DNA of 64,000 nucleotides from Promethearchaeota archaeon. Its GTDB lineage: Archaea; Asgardarchaeota; Lokiarchaeia; Sigyniarchaeales; SOKP01. Positions 10,285 to 20,749 of this stretch are shown here, in pieces. The stretch spans positions 64,001-128,000 of the forward strand of contig JAEOTA010000081.1 of NCBI GenBank assembly GCA_016840085.1, read 5' to 3'. Made by a program: the position numbers and the translations under genes. Within the stretch, counting starts at the first letter, position 1. Every line of letters starts with the position of its first letter. Under the pieces are notes generated by a model. That model saw nothing but the letters and a program-made list of their open reading frames with translations. It had not been told where the DNA came from and made no database searches.

Positions 10285-11082
10285 TTGAAAACATTTAAAA
10301 CACATTTTTCAGAAAAAGAATCTGATATTACGATTATTTCTGAATCGAAATCAGCAATATTAAGAGCTAAAGACACTTTATTTTTTCATAGAAATAATTT
10401 AGAAAGATATATTAAAAAAAATAATAATTTTTTAACTTCCTTCTCTCCAGTAAAAGTAAAAACAAGTTTAAGGATTGTTAATTTAATGGCAGAAGTAGCC
10501 TATATCTGTGATGTTGGTCCTATGGCTTCTGTAGCAGGAGCTTTAGCTGATTTAATGTTAGAAGCAATGAAAATAAAGGATAATACTACAGAAATTGATT
10601 TTATTCCAGCAAAAATTGCGTTAGTTGAAAATGGGGGTGAAATTTCAATAGATTCAATTAAACCAATGAAAGTTGCTTTATTCGCTGGATATAATGAATT
10701 AAATCTAAATATAGGATTCTTAATAGAAAAAAAAGATTGTCCTTTAGGAATTGGTACTAGTTCTGCTACAATAGGGCATGCGATTAGTTTAGGACAAGCT
10801 GATGTGGTGACAATCTTTGCAGAAAATGCAGCGTTAGCAGATACTGCAGCTACTAAAATTGGAAACTTAGTAAAGGGTAAAGATATCGAAACATCAATAA
10901 AAAAAGGTTTGGATGCCGTGGATAACATTTTTGGGGTTTCAGGAGCTTTTATTAGCAGAGAAAATAAAGTTGGTCAAACTGGTAAGTTGCCTAAATTAAT
11001 AAAGATTGAAGGAAATAAGAAAAAGATTCTTAAAGAAAAATTGGATAATATCTTTCCTGGAGATTATGAAATTTTTAGATAA
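10285..11082 (+). CDS. UPF0280 / ApbE-like archaeal protein
   Basis: VGPMASVAGA, ENGGEI, GIGTSSATIGHAISLGQAD and ADTAAT motifs. Confidence 0.88.
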   Translation: MKTFKTHFSEKESDITIISESKSAILRAKDTLFFHRNNLERYIKKNNNFLTSFSPVKVKTSLRIVNLMAEVAYICDVGPMASVAGALADLMLEAMKIKDNTTEIDFIPAKIALVENGGEISIDSIKPMKVALFAGYNELNLNIGFLIEKKDCPLGIGTSSATIGHAISLGQADVVTIFAENAALADTAATKIGNLVKGKDIETSIKKGLDAVDNIFGVSGAFISRENKVGQTGKLPKLIKIEGNKKKILKEKLDNIFPGDYEIFR

Positions 11083-13360
11083 CCCAATAAAGAGGAGTTT
11101 CCACCCCTTTCATCGTTTTTGATGATAATATTTTGTTTAAATAATCGAGAGTGTAATATTCTTCTAATTCCTCTTTTGATAATTGTCCAAATAAATCTCC
11201 TCCCTTGTTTATTATATATTCACCTGCGAAAATAATATAGACATCTGTATTATAATCACTTTTAATTTTACTTAAGATATTAATGCCACTCTCATTGATA
11301 TGGTTATTAGGAGGAAATAAATCAGTTTCATTTTTCAAAAAAATAAAATTCTCATTATAAGTAAACGAACCATCTTGATCACTAAAAAGATAATCATAAT
11401 GATTAAATACATGATTCCATCCAACTTTAGTAAAGATAACATTTTTATCCACAGTGTTATTTGAATACCATTGAATAGAACTTGCATCCCTCTTCTTTAC
11501 ATCAAAAACTTCATAACTGACTGACTCATAAAAATAAGATGTAAATAATGAAAATGATATTATCATTAAAAAGGTAAATTTTAGTCTAAAGTTTTTAAAT
11601 TTGTTTAACCTTATAAGCTTATATATATACGAAATAAACCCAATCACAATAAATGGAGGTATAAGATATAGAATTCTTTGCCAAATCAAATTACTAAGAA
11701 TAAAAACGTTAAAAATAAAACCTATTGCCAATAATATAATGAGACTTAATCCCCAAATAAATATCGGTTTTCCTCTTGGCTTTTTTTGAAATAGAATCAT
11801 TCCCCATATAGAAAATGCGCTTATTAATATAATTTCAGTTACATAGAATATATTAATCATTTCTATTTTAAGCCAGAACAAGTTTACGATCAATAAAACA
11901 ACTACAAGGAGAATCAAAATACTTAAAATTAGTGGAATTATTATTCTGTCTTCGATTCTTTTGTAAAAATTATTTCCTTCTCCTTTAATCACAGATGAAA
12001 ATCTTCCTTTAGTAAAAATGATTGATTTTTGTAATCTCCAGAATAAAATAGCTCCAGCTGTAACCCCGGCTATAATCATAAATAGTAAGAGATACCATGA
12101 GATATTGAATGGAATTAAAAACCAATAATGTCCACTTCCAATTCCAAAATAACTTAATACTAAAAAAATCCCTAATAATCCTACTAAAAAGATTAAGTCA
12201 AAACCGCGCTTGTAATCTTTCAAAAAATAAATAAAATATAACCATAAATAAGAGATTAAAAATATTATAGATGTGACTACGTGCGTAAGAACAGCACTAA
12301 TAAAGATTATCGTAATTATTATATAAAAGAAAGAAATGTTTGTAAGAATGTCTTTTCTCTGTGGGCGTTCTACTTTAATAAAATTTTGTAATCGTACATA
12401 TAGAAGGAAAAATATAGCTAGACATTTAATTAACGCGGAACCTGAAGGCCAATATTGAAGCATCATTGTAGAGAAGCCTAGCGAAGAAAACTCTAAAATA
12501 AATACACTAAGAAATGCTAGATTCCGATTTTTAAATATTCTTAAAGATATATTATAGAAAACAAGAGCAGAAAGAAAGAAAGTATAAAATACCAAAAATT
12601 TTGGTAAAAGTACATGATTCAAACCAGAAAAAAAATTGATTACTGCTCCAAAAATACTTAAACCCATTTCTCCATGATATTCTTTAATAGGAATAATATT
12701 TTCACTTGTTATTCTTTGGCTATTAAGAATATGAAGCCATGGATCAGTTCCACCAAAATTACTAAATTTAAAAATATTCATAATACAGATTAAGAAGATA
12801 AAAATTATTAAGAGGATGCCATTTAGAGGTATGTTGTCTTTGAAAAATTTATATAGAGAGAACTTATTGATTTTTTCATGTTTATTTTTCAAATACTCTT
12901 TAGATTTAATGAAATTATATAATCCTTTTTTCCATTCACCAAATATTATAATAATTATTAACAGTAAAAAAAATATTAAAGTAAAAGAAAAGAAAAAAAA
13001 CCCTATAATTGGAATACCTATCCAATATCCAATATAACCTATAAAAATGTAAAAAGCTGAATTAATAACTATTGTTAGACTTAATTTTTCTAAAAAACTA
13101 AAATTCTGCTTTTTCATTAGTATGAAAAAGATGGGGTAAGTGGGTAAAAATAATAAAGCAAAAATGGTACTAATAATTACACTCGATTGAAAAAGATATT
13201 CAAGAATAAAGATATCTGCTATACCTAAAAAAGTAGTAAAATTAATTAATTTAAAAAAAATGAATGTAAAAGAAACTATAGAAATTATAAAAATAAATAG
13301 ATTTATTCTTGAATAAATGGAAAGTAATGCTGTGGTTATTTTATTTTTAATATTATTCAT
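11075..13360 (-). CDS. Polytopic membrane protein, probable GT-C-fold glycosyltransferase (paralog of 36665-38950)
   Basis: Many TM segments, loop motif GGTDPWLH, soluble C-terminal domain ending PLYWVI; 761 aa, same length as the paralog. Confidence 0.6.
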   Translation of the reverse strand: MNNIKNKITTALLSIYSRINLFIFIISIVSFTFIFFKLINFTTFLGIADIFILEYLFQSSVIISTIFALLFLPTYPIFFILMKKQNFSFLEKLSLTIVINSAFYIFIGYIGYWIGIPIIGFFFFSFTLIFFLLLIIIIIFGEWKKGLYNFIKSKEYLKNKHEKINKFSLYKFFKDNIPLNGILLIIFIFLICIMNIFKFSNFGGTDPWLHILNSQRITSENIIPIKEYHGEMGLSIFGAVINFFSGLNHVLLPKFLVFYTFFLSALVFYNISLRIFKNRNLAFLSVFILEFSSLGFSTMMLQYWPSGSALIKCLAIFFLLYVRLQNFIKVERPQRKDILTNISFFYIIITIIFISAVLTHVVTSIIFLISYLWLYFIYFLKDYKRGFDLIFLVGLLGIFLVLSYFGIGSGHYWFLIPFNISWYLLLFMIIAGVTAGAILFWRLQKSIIFTKGRFSSVIKGEGNNFYKRIEDRIIIPLILSILILLVVVLLIVNLFWLKIEMINIFYVTEIILISAFSIWGMILFQKKPRGKPIFIWGLSLIILLAIGFIFNVFILSNLIWQRILYLIPPFIVIGFISYIYKLIRLNKFKNFRLKFTFLMIISFSLFTSYFYESVSYEVFDVKKRDASSIQWYSNNTVDKNVIFTKVGWNHVFNHYDYLFSDQDGSFTYNENFIFLKNETDLFPPNNHINESGINILSKIKSDYNTDVYIIFAGEYIINKGGDLFGQLSKEELEEYYTLDYLNKILSSKTMKGVETPLYWVI

Positions 13361-13374
13361 CTTTTTTAAAGGAT

Positions 13375-14346
13375 TTACGATATCTGTAAATCTATTTTAT
13401 ATTTTTGACTATGCCATGTAAAATACTCTCTCAATCCTTCTTCTTGTGTATATTTTGGCTGGTAATTTATAATTTTTTTAGCCTTAGAAATATCACCAAA
13501 ACTATGTAATATATCACCAGGCCGAGGATCTGTATATGTAATCTTTAAATCTTCTCTGTTTGTTAATTTTAAAATCAATTTTGCGAGATCTGTTAATTTA
13601 ATTGGAGAACCAGCTGCTATATTTAAAATTTCACCTTTTATATTATGCTCAACAGCTAATATATTAGTCTGAATTACATCTTCAACATAAGTAAAATCCC
13701 TTGATTGCTCTCCATTACCAAATATTATTAGATTCTTATTATTGATGAGTCTTCCTAACCAAATTGCGATTACCCCGCTATAAGTTGAATCCTTTTGTCT
13801 TGGACCAAAAACATTAAAATATCTCAAAGATACTGTCTTTAATCCATAAATTTGATAATATACCTGCATATACGCCTCACCAGTCATTTTAGATACACCA
13901 TAAGGAGAAATTGGTAAACAATTCATATCCTCCCTTTTAGGTAATTCAGGACTATCTCCATATACTGAAGAACTTGACGCAAAGATGATCTTTTCGACAT
14001 CCATTTTCCTGGCTGCATTTAAAATGTTTAATGTACCATTCACATTAACATCATTGCATGATTCTGGCATTAATATTGATTGAGGTACACTAGTAAATGC
14101 TGCTTCATGATATATGATGTCAATATCTTCAAAGATTTCTAATAAAAAGTTTAAATCTCTTATATCCCCTTTTTTAAATTTAAAATTTTTGTGTTCTAAA
14201 ACATTTTCTAAATTGTCTAAACTGCCATTAAATAGGTTATCAACACCTATTACTTCTGCCCCTAATTCAATTAATTTACTTGTTATATTACTTCCGATGA
14301 ACCCAGCAGCTCCAGTAACAAGAATTCTTTTATCTTCAATTTTCAT
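13375..14346 (-). CDS. NAD-dependent nucleotide-sugar 4-epimerase (WbpP/GalE-like extended SDR)
   Basis: TGAAGFIG, SSSSVYG, YGVSK, LRYFNVFGPRQ and SRDFTYV motifs. Confidence 0.9.
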   Translation of the reverse strand: MKIEDKRILVTGAAGFIGSNITSKLIELGAEVIGVDNLFNGSLDNLENVLEHKNFKFKKGDIRDLNFLLEIFEDIDIIYHEAAFTSVPQSILMPESCNDVNVNGTLNILNAARKMDVEKIIFASSSSVYGDSPELPKREDMNCLPISPYGVSKMTGEAYMQVYYQIYGLKTVSLRYFNVFGPRQKDSTYSGVIAIWLGRLINNKNLIIFGNGEQSRDFTYVEDVIQTNILAVEHNIKGEILNIAAGSPIKLTDLAKLILKLTNREDLKITYTDPRPGDILHSFGDISKAKKIINYQPKYTQEEGLREYFTWHSQKYKIDLQIS

Positions 14347-14475
14347 ATTTAATCAATTAAAAATCTTGAGATTATTTTTATTAAAATCTTGTAATGTTAT
14401 TTAACATTTTTAATAAAATTGATAACCTAAACATGTTCATAAAGAAGAAATTTTTTAATAGTATTTTAAAAATTA

Positions 14476-15627
14476 TTAGCGTGAATCCGTTAAATATTTC
14501 ATAAATTCTTTTTTATACTCTTTTGGAAGTTTATCTGGTCTTTTTAGGTCTGAATCAGGACTTACTTTAGTTTTAATCAAGATCATAATTGGACCTTCTC
14601 GATTTTTAATATCTTCTAATGATTCTAATAATTTCTCTTTAGATTCTATTAAAATTCCTAATTTGTAATTTGATGCCAAGGCTATATTAGTGAATTTAAC
14701 ATTGGGAGAATTTGTAGGTTGACTTCCTGTAGATTCATGAACTTCATTATCTAATATAATATGAACGAAGTTTGTAGGTGAATACTTTCCAATCGTTGTA
14801 AAAGCCCCCATTTGCATAATTGTTGCTCCATCTCCATCAAATACAATTACTCTTTTATCTGGCTTTTGAAGAGCTATACTTAATCCAATAGAACTAGCGC
14901 ATCCCATTGATCCAATATTATAGAAACTTTTATTATGTTCTTTTTTTCTTGATTCTCTATACTCAAATAATTTTCTTGAAATATATCCTGTGGTAGAAAC
15001 AATAATTTCATCATTAGTTAAATTATTCATAATTAACTCTATTACTTCTTTCGTTGTCAATGAATAATTATTTAATGATTTTTTTTTCATTTCATAAAAT
15101 TGAAAGAAATTTCGTCGAAAAATTAAAGCATATGGACCATTTTCTTTCTTAAGATACTCAATTACCTTCTTAATCTCGTTTTTAATTAAAACTAAATCTG
15201 GTTTAAGGATAGTATAAGGAATTTGCAATGTATCTAATAATGGGAGCATAATTTCACCCATTTTCTTATGTTGAGGTGCATCAATTTTATCAGGTTCACC
15301 TCTCCACCCAATCATTAAGAGAACAGGAATTGAGTATACTTCTGGATCACATAATGACGTAATAGGATTGATTGTCTTCCCAAATCCAGAATTTTGCATA
15401 TAAACAATTCCTATTTTATTTGTTGCTAAATGATAACCAGAAGCAATAGCAATAGCTTCACATTCATTGCAAGCAACAACATTTTTTAGACCTTTTCCAT
15501 CATTATCAGCTAAGTATTTCATCCAATCTTTAAATGTGGAATCAGGGATTCCAGTAAAGAAAGTAAAATCAAAATTTTTTAAAATTTCAAAAAAATCCTC
15601 GCACCTAATCATTTTTATCATCAACAA
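14476..15627 (-). CDS. aepY: Phosphonopyruvate decarboxylase (TPP-dependent)
   Basis: TGIPDS, YMQNSGFG, GWRGEP..DAPQH, GSMG, GDGA..MQMG and HESTGSQP motifs; lies in an operon with PEP mutase. Confidence 0.93.
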   Translation of the reverse strand: MLMIKMIRCEDFFEILKNFDFTFFTGIPDSTFKDWMKYLADNDGKGLKNVVACNECEAIAIASGYHLATNKIGIVYMQNSGFGKTINPITSLCDPEVYSIPVLLMIGWRGEPDKIDAPQHKKMGEIMLPLLDTLQIPYTILKPDLVLIKNEIKKVIEYLKKENGPYALIFRRNFFQFYEMKKKSLNNYSLTTKEVIELIMNNLTNDEIIVSTTGYISRKLFEYRESRKKEHNKSFYNIGSMGCASSIGLSIALQKPDKRVIVFDGDGATIMQMGAFTTIGKYSPTNFVHIILDNEVHESTGSQPTNSPNVKFTNIALASNYKLGILIESKEKLLESLEDIKNREGPIMILIKTKVSPDSDLKRPDKLPKEYKKEFMKYLTDSR

Positions 15628-15635
15628 ATAAAGAT

Positions 15636-16352
15636 TTAATTATTTTTTTTAAAATACTGCTTTGCTTTTTCTAAATCTTTGTGATCATCAATTTCAATAC
15701 AAAATTCATTAAAAAAACAAGGTTTTAAAACTATTTTATCTAAAATTTCATTTAGTGCATCTTCAGCATAGCAATTTACCTTATTATAGCTTACAAAAAT
15801 TTCTATTTGTTCAAACCATTGTTTCATAAATTCTTTTGATAATTTATATAATGGAGCTAAAAATGCTGTTTGTGGTCCTGACAAATCTACTCCTATCTTA
15901 TATATCCTATTATTTAAAATATTTGCTTTAAAGTCCTTCACGGGAGGGGGAATCTCTTTATTTACTAATACACAGTTTATATCTTTAGAATCAACTAAAA
16001 GCTTTATCAGATTTTCAGAAATTATTAAATCTCCATGAGAAATCAAAATATCATCAGTAATAACATCTCGAGCTAAATAAATTGAATATATATAATTGGT
16101 ATTTTCATAACGGGGATTATGAATAAATTGAACTTCAATAGAAGGATAAAACTTTTTAATATAGGATTTAATTTGATTCTCAAATGGACCAGTTGGAATT
16201 ATAAACTCTTTAAAGTTAAACTTAACGATGTTTCTTATTTGATAATCTAATATTGTTTCGTCATTATTAATTTTAACAAGGCATTTAGGCTTATTATTAG
16301 TTAATGGCGCTAATCTTTTGCCAATCCCTGCGTTTAACAATATCACTTTCAT
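15636..16352 (-). CDS. LicC/PntC-like cytidylyltransferase (NTP transferase)
   Basis: LNAGIGKRL..PKCL, NYIYS, HGDL and EIDDHKD motifs; ATGA overlap with the upstream reductase. Confidence 0.88.
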   Translation of the reverse strand: MKVILLNAGIGKRLAPLTNNKPKCLVKINNDETILDYQIRNIVKFNFKEFIIPTGPFENQIKSYIKKFYPSIEVQFIHNPRYENTNYIYSIYLARDVITDDILISHGDLIISENLIKLLVDSKDINCVLVNKEIPPPVKDFKANILNNRIYKIGVDLSGPQTAFLAPLYKLSKEFMKQWFEQIEIFVSYNKVNCYAEDALNEILDKIVLKPCFFNEFCIEIDDHKDLEKAKQYFKKNN

Positions 16353-17509
16353 CTTATATCATTTAAGATTTTCCTTAATTTTGTTTCTGTAAGTAAACGA
16401 GGATTATTTTTTACTCTTTCAGGATTGAATCCATTTTTTATAATTAATTCAATATCCTCCTGAGTCTTAATATGCAAATTCTCTAATTTTATTTCTAATC
16501 CAATATTTATTATTAAATTTCTAATAATTTCTCGTGCTTCGATAAAATCTGAAGCACCAATTATTGAAATTAGTTCTTTCATAACCTTTTTAACATATTC
16601 AACTCCACGTGAATCTATTATATCATCTTCACTCACATCTGAATTAAAGACAATCATAGAAGGTAAAGTCAAAGCAACTGCATGTCCATGAGGTATATTA
16701 AAGTATGAAGTAATAGGATATGAAATAGCATGACAAGCAGTCGTTTTTGTGATGTTTATTGCTTTTCCAGCATAATTTGCCGCAATTACCATATTATACC
16801 TAGATTTTTTATCAGGGGTGTTAACAGCTTTTATTAAATTATTTAATATAAGCTCAATTGCCTTCTTCGCATAGTTTTTTGATTCATCAGTAGAATTTAT
16901 ATTCCAAAAAGATTCAATAGCTTGAGTGAGTGCATCTAAACCGGAAACAGCAGTGTTTTTTTTCGACAAGCTGTATGTAAACTGAGGATCGACAATCACA
17001 TATTCTGGTTGTAAGTATTCTGGTTCTGCTAAAGAATATTTATCTTTATCTATGTAAACAACAGCAAAATGAGTTGCTTCACTCCCAGAACCTGCTGTTG
17101 TTGGAATCCGAATTAAAGGTATGCCTTTTTTTTTTATTTCTTTTTTTTTTACGATAAGATCTATAGGAGAATTATCATTAGTTGATAAAATTGAAATAGA
17201 TTTTCCCATATCTAAGACTGATCCTCCTCCAACAGCGATAATTACATCAAAATCTTGGCTTTTAAATAAGTCTAATCCTTTTTTTATATCATTTAATTTT
17301 GGATTTGGAGAAAAATCATTGAATTGGATATAATCATAATTTTTGAGAATCTTAAGAAGCTTTTCTTTTATAATAGTCTTCTCAAAAGAATCTTTTCCTG
17401 TTATTAGGAATATATTTTTAAAGGTATTCTTTCTTAAAATCGTCTTTAATTTATTAATAGAGTTAAATCCTAAATATTCTATCATTTTTGTGTTATATTT
17501 ATTAATCAA
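16349..17509 (-). CDS. Phosphonoacetaldehyde reductase (Fe-containing ADH, PhpC/FomC-like) producing 2-hydroxyethylphosphonate
   Basis: GGGSVLD, PTTAGSGSE, DALTQAIES, TTACHAISYP and IPHGHAV motifs; between pepM and ppd. The real start may be the ATG of MIEYLG. Confidence 0.87.
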   Translation of the reverse strand: MINKYNTKMIEYLGFNSINKLKTILRKNTFKNIFLITGKDSFEKTIIKEKLLKILKNYDYIQFNDFSPNPKLNDIKKGLDLFKSQDFDVIIAVGGGSVLDMGKSISILSTNDNSPIDLIVKKKEIKKKGIPLIRIPTTAGSGSEATHFAVVYIDKDKYSLAEPEYLQPEYVIVDPQFTYSLSKKNTAVSGLDALTQAIESFWNINSTDESKNYAKKAIELILNNLIKAVNTPDKKSRYNMVIAANYAGKAINITKTTACHAISYPITSYFNIPHGHAVALTLPSMIVFNSDVSEDDIIDSRGVEYVKKVMKELISIIGASDFIEAREIIRNLIINIGLEIKLENLHIKTQEDIELIIKNGFNPERVKNNPRLLTETKLRKILNDIR

Positions 17510-19206
17510 ATTAATCTTTCAGCAAATTCAATATCTTTCTTATTATGAATCTCAATCCAACCTTTATGTACTTCCAAAATGTCTACTTGAAAACCTCTAT
17601 CTATTACTTCTTGTATAAGATCAACAAATGATGCTTTTTCAAATGAATCTGCTTCATGGAAATTTCCTTTGTGATTCATTTTGCAATCATTATATATCCT
17701 TCTGATTATCTCGACCCCATATTCTGAGAAGTAAGCTATTCCGGCAAATTCATAATCCGCCATGTCTTTATTAATACTCCTTCCTATTCTGAAAATCTTG
17801 TTCTTTATTTGATATAAATCTCTGGTTTGTTCACTTGGCTTACTTTTTGTAAGAACAAGTTCAAGAATTTTATCAATTTTATGCTTGTGATAAGTGTAAG
17901 AATTATCCAATACCAATATAATATCTCCTTTTGAATTGAGCAGGTTTTTTATTATTTGTTCATTAAACAATATATCAGAGTAAATAAAAATAAACCCTCC
18001 TCCCATATCCCATTCAGCTTTAAAGAGAGAATGTAAGATGTAATACTCATCATATTCATCATTATCAATGTATTTTATACCATCAACTGTAAATTCCTCT
18101 TTTTTATAACCTCTAATAACAATTATATCGTTAATACCACAATTTTTTAATGTCTCTATTTGTCTTTGGAGAACAGGCTTACTTTTTAAAAGCGTCATCC
18201 CCTTCGGAATATTAAACTCAGGATCACTTCCAGCAGCAGGGATAATTACTTTTATAGGACTTTTAATATATTTTAAATCTTTTTCTTTTACATCCAAAAA
18301 ACCAACATCTTTAAAAACGGTTTTAACTGGGCTGCACATAGATTCTGCTTCAAATGCCCTTTTATTCCTTAAAATTATTGAAGCAGTTTCCTTCATAGCT
18401 TTATGAGCAGCTCGTAAAAGATGATTAGCATATATTACTATATTAAATCCATGCTCTATTAGTTCTTCCTCTGTAATAGTATTATAAGTGGTAGGGACAC
18501 ATACTAAAGGTTTTCTAAATCCTAATTCTTTTGTTAATTTTTCATATTCTATAGCAAAATTAAGGATTTCTTTAGGATCTCTCTGTTTAGAATGAATCAT
18601 TATTCCATCTGCACCTGCTAATAAATATTTCTTAGCTCTATAAATAGCATCTCTTAATCCTGAACCTGCTATCAAGCTTTCAATACGTGCTATAATCATA
18701 AAATCATCAGAAATTTGAACTTCCTTCCCTCTTTTAATTTTTGTAGCAAATATATCCGGATCTGCTTGATCTTGGATTGTACCCCCTTCAAGGCTATTTC
18801 TTTTAGGGAATTTCTTATCCTCAATAATAACCATTGAAACGCCCATGTCTTCTAATGCTCGAATAAAATATTCGAAATTTGCAGCTTCTCCACCAGTGTC
18901 TCCATCAATTATTATTGGTTTATTTGAGCTATTTAGAATTTGTCTAATTGTTTCATATCGAGATTCAGCACCTACAAGCTCAATATCTGGATATCCTTTA
19001 GCAGCACTATCTGTAAAACTACTAGCCCAAAATCCATCAAACTCACGAATTTCATCTTTGTAGTGTTCTTTTATATTATTAGCGATAATTGCACTTAATC
19101 CGTTATGAGCTTCTATAATTCTAATAAAACTTTTTTTTTCAAGTAAATCTTTTAGCATTCTTCTTCTTACATTTGGTAAGATTCTACTTGTTAGCTTGAA
19201 TTCCAT
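17506..19206 (-). CDS. aepX: Phosphoenolpyruvate mutase fused to a C-terminal LicC-like nucleotidyltransferase domain
   Basis: PepM signature EDK(X5)NS present as EDKKFPKRNS; also EAHNGLSA, DGDTGG, ARIESLI and IYANH. GGTGGTGA SD precedes ATG 19206. Confidence 0.95.
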   Translation of the reverse strand: MEFKLTSRILPNVRRRMLKDLLEKKSFIRIIEAHNGLSAIIANNIKEHYKDEIREFDGFWASSFTDSAAKGYPDIELVGAESRYETIRQILNSSNKPIIIDGDTGGEAANFEYFIRALEDMGVSMVIIEDKKFPKRNSLEGGTIQDQADPDIFATKIKRGKEVQISDDFMIIARIESLIAGSGLRDAIYRAKKYLLAGADGIMIHSKQRDPKEILNFAIEYEKLTKELGFRKPLVCVPTTYNTITEEELIEHGFNIVIYANHLLRAAHKAMKETASIILRNKRAFEAESMCSPVKTVFKDVGFLDVKEKDLKYIKSPIKVIIPAAGSDPEFNIPKGMTLLKSKPVLQRQIETLKNCGINDIIVIRGYKKEEFTVDGIKYIDNDEYDEYYILHSLFKAEWDMGGGFIFIYSDILFNEQIIKNLLNSKGDIILVLDNSYTYHKHKIDKILELVLTKSKPSEQTRDLYQIKNKIFRIGRSINKDMADYEFAGIAYFSEYGVEIIRRIYNDCKMNHKGNFHEADSFEKASFVDLIQEVIDRGFQVDILEVHKGWIEIHNKKDIEFAERLI

Positions 19207-19405
19207 AATCACCACTTATAAGTCCAGATAAAAAATTATTTTAAATATTCTCTTATATTTTCTAATTAACTTGCTTGATGTCTATTACTAATTAAAGATT
19301 AGAATTTATACAATTATCTTAGTAAATTAAGATTAATTAGGTTTTTCTTTTAATATATTATTTAAAATGTGGAAATGAGAAAAAAATTATTAATAATTTT
19401 ATGTG

Positions 19406-20719
19406 TTATAAATATTCCTTTCTCTCTGGCATACTTTTCCAATCAACTAAAAGAACTAAACCACCTACTAGAGCCACAATTATCCAAAGCATAAAAGCAG
19501 CTCCAGAACCTGCCGTATCAATGAGAACACCTGAAGTAAAAGTTGTAATTGCTGCGCCAATATATCCCCACCCATCAATAAACCCCGTGGCGGCAGATGC
19601 TGCTTTTCTTGTACCAAATTCCATTGGTATTGTAGAAACTAATAGAGCGTGGGGAGCAAAGTTTAAAAAACCAATTAAAATCAATACTGGAATCCCAAAA
19701 ACCATATCAAGTGGAGGAAGCAATGTATATATAACTAATGTCAAGGATAATGCTATAAAAAGAAGTGAAATAACAGGAATTCTTCTTTTATTGAGAAATT
19801 TATCTGAAAACCAAGCACCGATAATAACCCCAATTACTCCCCCAATTGGGTAAAAAATTGATTTCCATATAACAAAATATTCCGCACCTGTTATTTCAGG
19901 GCTTAATAAATATGGGAGCCAATCTGTTAAACCATATCTAACCATATTTAAACAAAATAACCCAAAGGAAGCAAAAAGAACCGTTTTTGTTTTAATAATT
20001 GTGCCAACTGTGTATTTAAAGCCTAGAAATTCATCATCATGACATTCACCCATTACAATTTTACCCTCACATTCCTCCTCAAGAGTTGGGAAACCAACCT
20101 CTTCAGGAGCATTTCTACTACGAATGTAAAAATGAATCGCCATGAAAAACATGATAAATCCTGGAATAATAAATGAAAATCTCCAATTTAGCCCAAAAGT
20201 ACCAGTAATAAGTATTGCAATTAGCCATGCTATAACACCTCCAAATAAATATGATGTAGCAAGTCTACTTGACCATTTCCCTCTTTCGTCTGGAGGATAC
20301 CAATTGGCAATGGTTTTTACAGAAGGAGCCCATCCCATTGCTTGAAAATATCCATTTAATCCCCAAAGCAGAAATGCCAACCAAATGAATTCAAATGCAA
20401 CCCCCATAAATAAATTTATAATAGAAGATGCAATTAGACCCAAAGTTATAAAACGTCTCGCGCCAATTTTATCACCTAAAAACCCATTAAAAAATTGTCC
20501 AAAAGCATATGCTAAGAAAAAACAAGTCCCTACAAATCCCATAATAGTTGCGGAGATTCCATACTCCGACATGAGATATGGTTTTGCTATAGACAAATTT
20601 GTACGACCTATATAATAAATCATATAGGTAATCCACACCGTAAAAAATATTCGATTTCGCCAACGTTTAAATGCTTGTTTTGTTTCAATCTCACTGTTTA
20701 AACTTAATTTTTCATCCAT
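19406..20719 (-). CDS. MFS organophosphate:phosphate antiporter family (GlpT/UhpT/PgtP-like)
   Basis: YYIGRTNLS, NGYFQAMGW, WYPPDERG, PEEVG, RYGLTDW and ATGFIDGWGYIG motifs of the OPA family. Confidence 0.88.
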   Translation of the reverse strand: MDEKLSLNSEIETKQAFKRWRNRIFFTVWITYMIYYIGRTNLSIAKPYLMSEYGISATIMGFVGTCFFLAYAFGQFFNGFLGDKIGARRFITLGLIASSIINLFMGVAFEFIWLAFLLWGLNGYFQAMGWAPSVKTIANWYPPDERGKWSSRLATSYLFGGVIAWLIAILITGTFGLNWRFSFIIPGFIMFFMAIHFYIRSRNAPEEVGFPTLEEECEGKIVMGECHDDEFLGFKYTVGTIIKTKTVLFASFGLFCLNMVRYGLTDWLPYLLSPEITGAEYFVIWKSIFYPIGGVIGVIIGAWFSDKFLNKRRIPVISLLFIALSLTLVIYTLLPPLDMVFGIPVLILIGFLNFAPHALLVSTIPMEFGTRKAASAATGFIDGWGYIGAAITTFTSGVLIDTAGSGAAFMLWIIVALVGGLVLLVDWKSMPERKEYL

Positions 20720-20749
20720 ATTTTTAATACCTCTTCTTAATTAAAAGTT

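Noticed and set aside
11075-13360. AglB/STT3 oligosaccharyltransferase (also considered for 36665-38950)
   Set aside because: No WWDYG motif.
14476-19206. Aminoethylphosphonate, methylphosphonate or phosphonate-antibiotic pathway
   Set aside because: No PLP transaminase, MpnS/HepD, radical-SAM or NRPS genes in the window; the neighbours are glycan genes. Such genes could still lie elsewhere in the genome.
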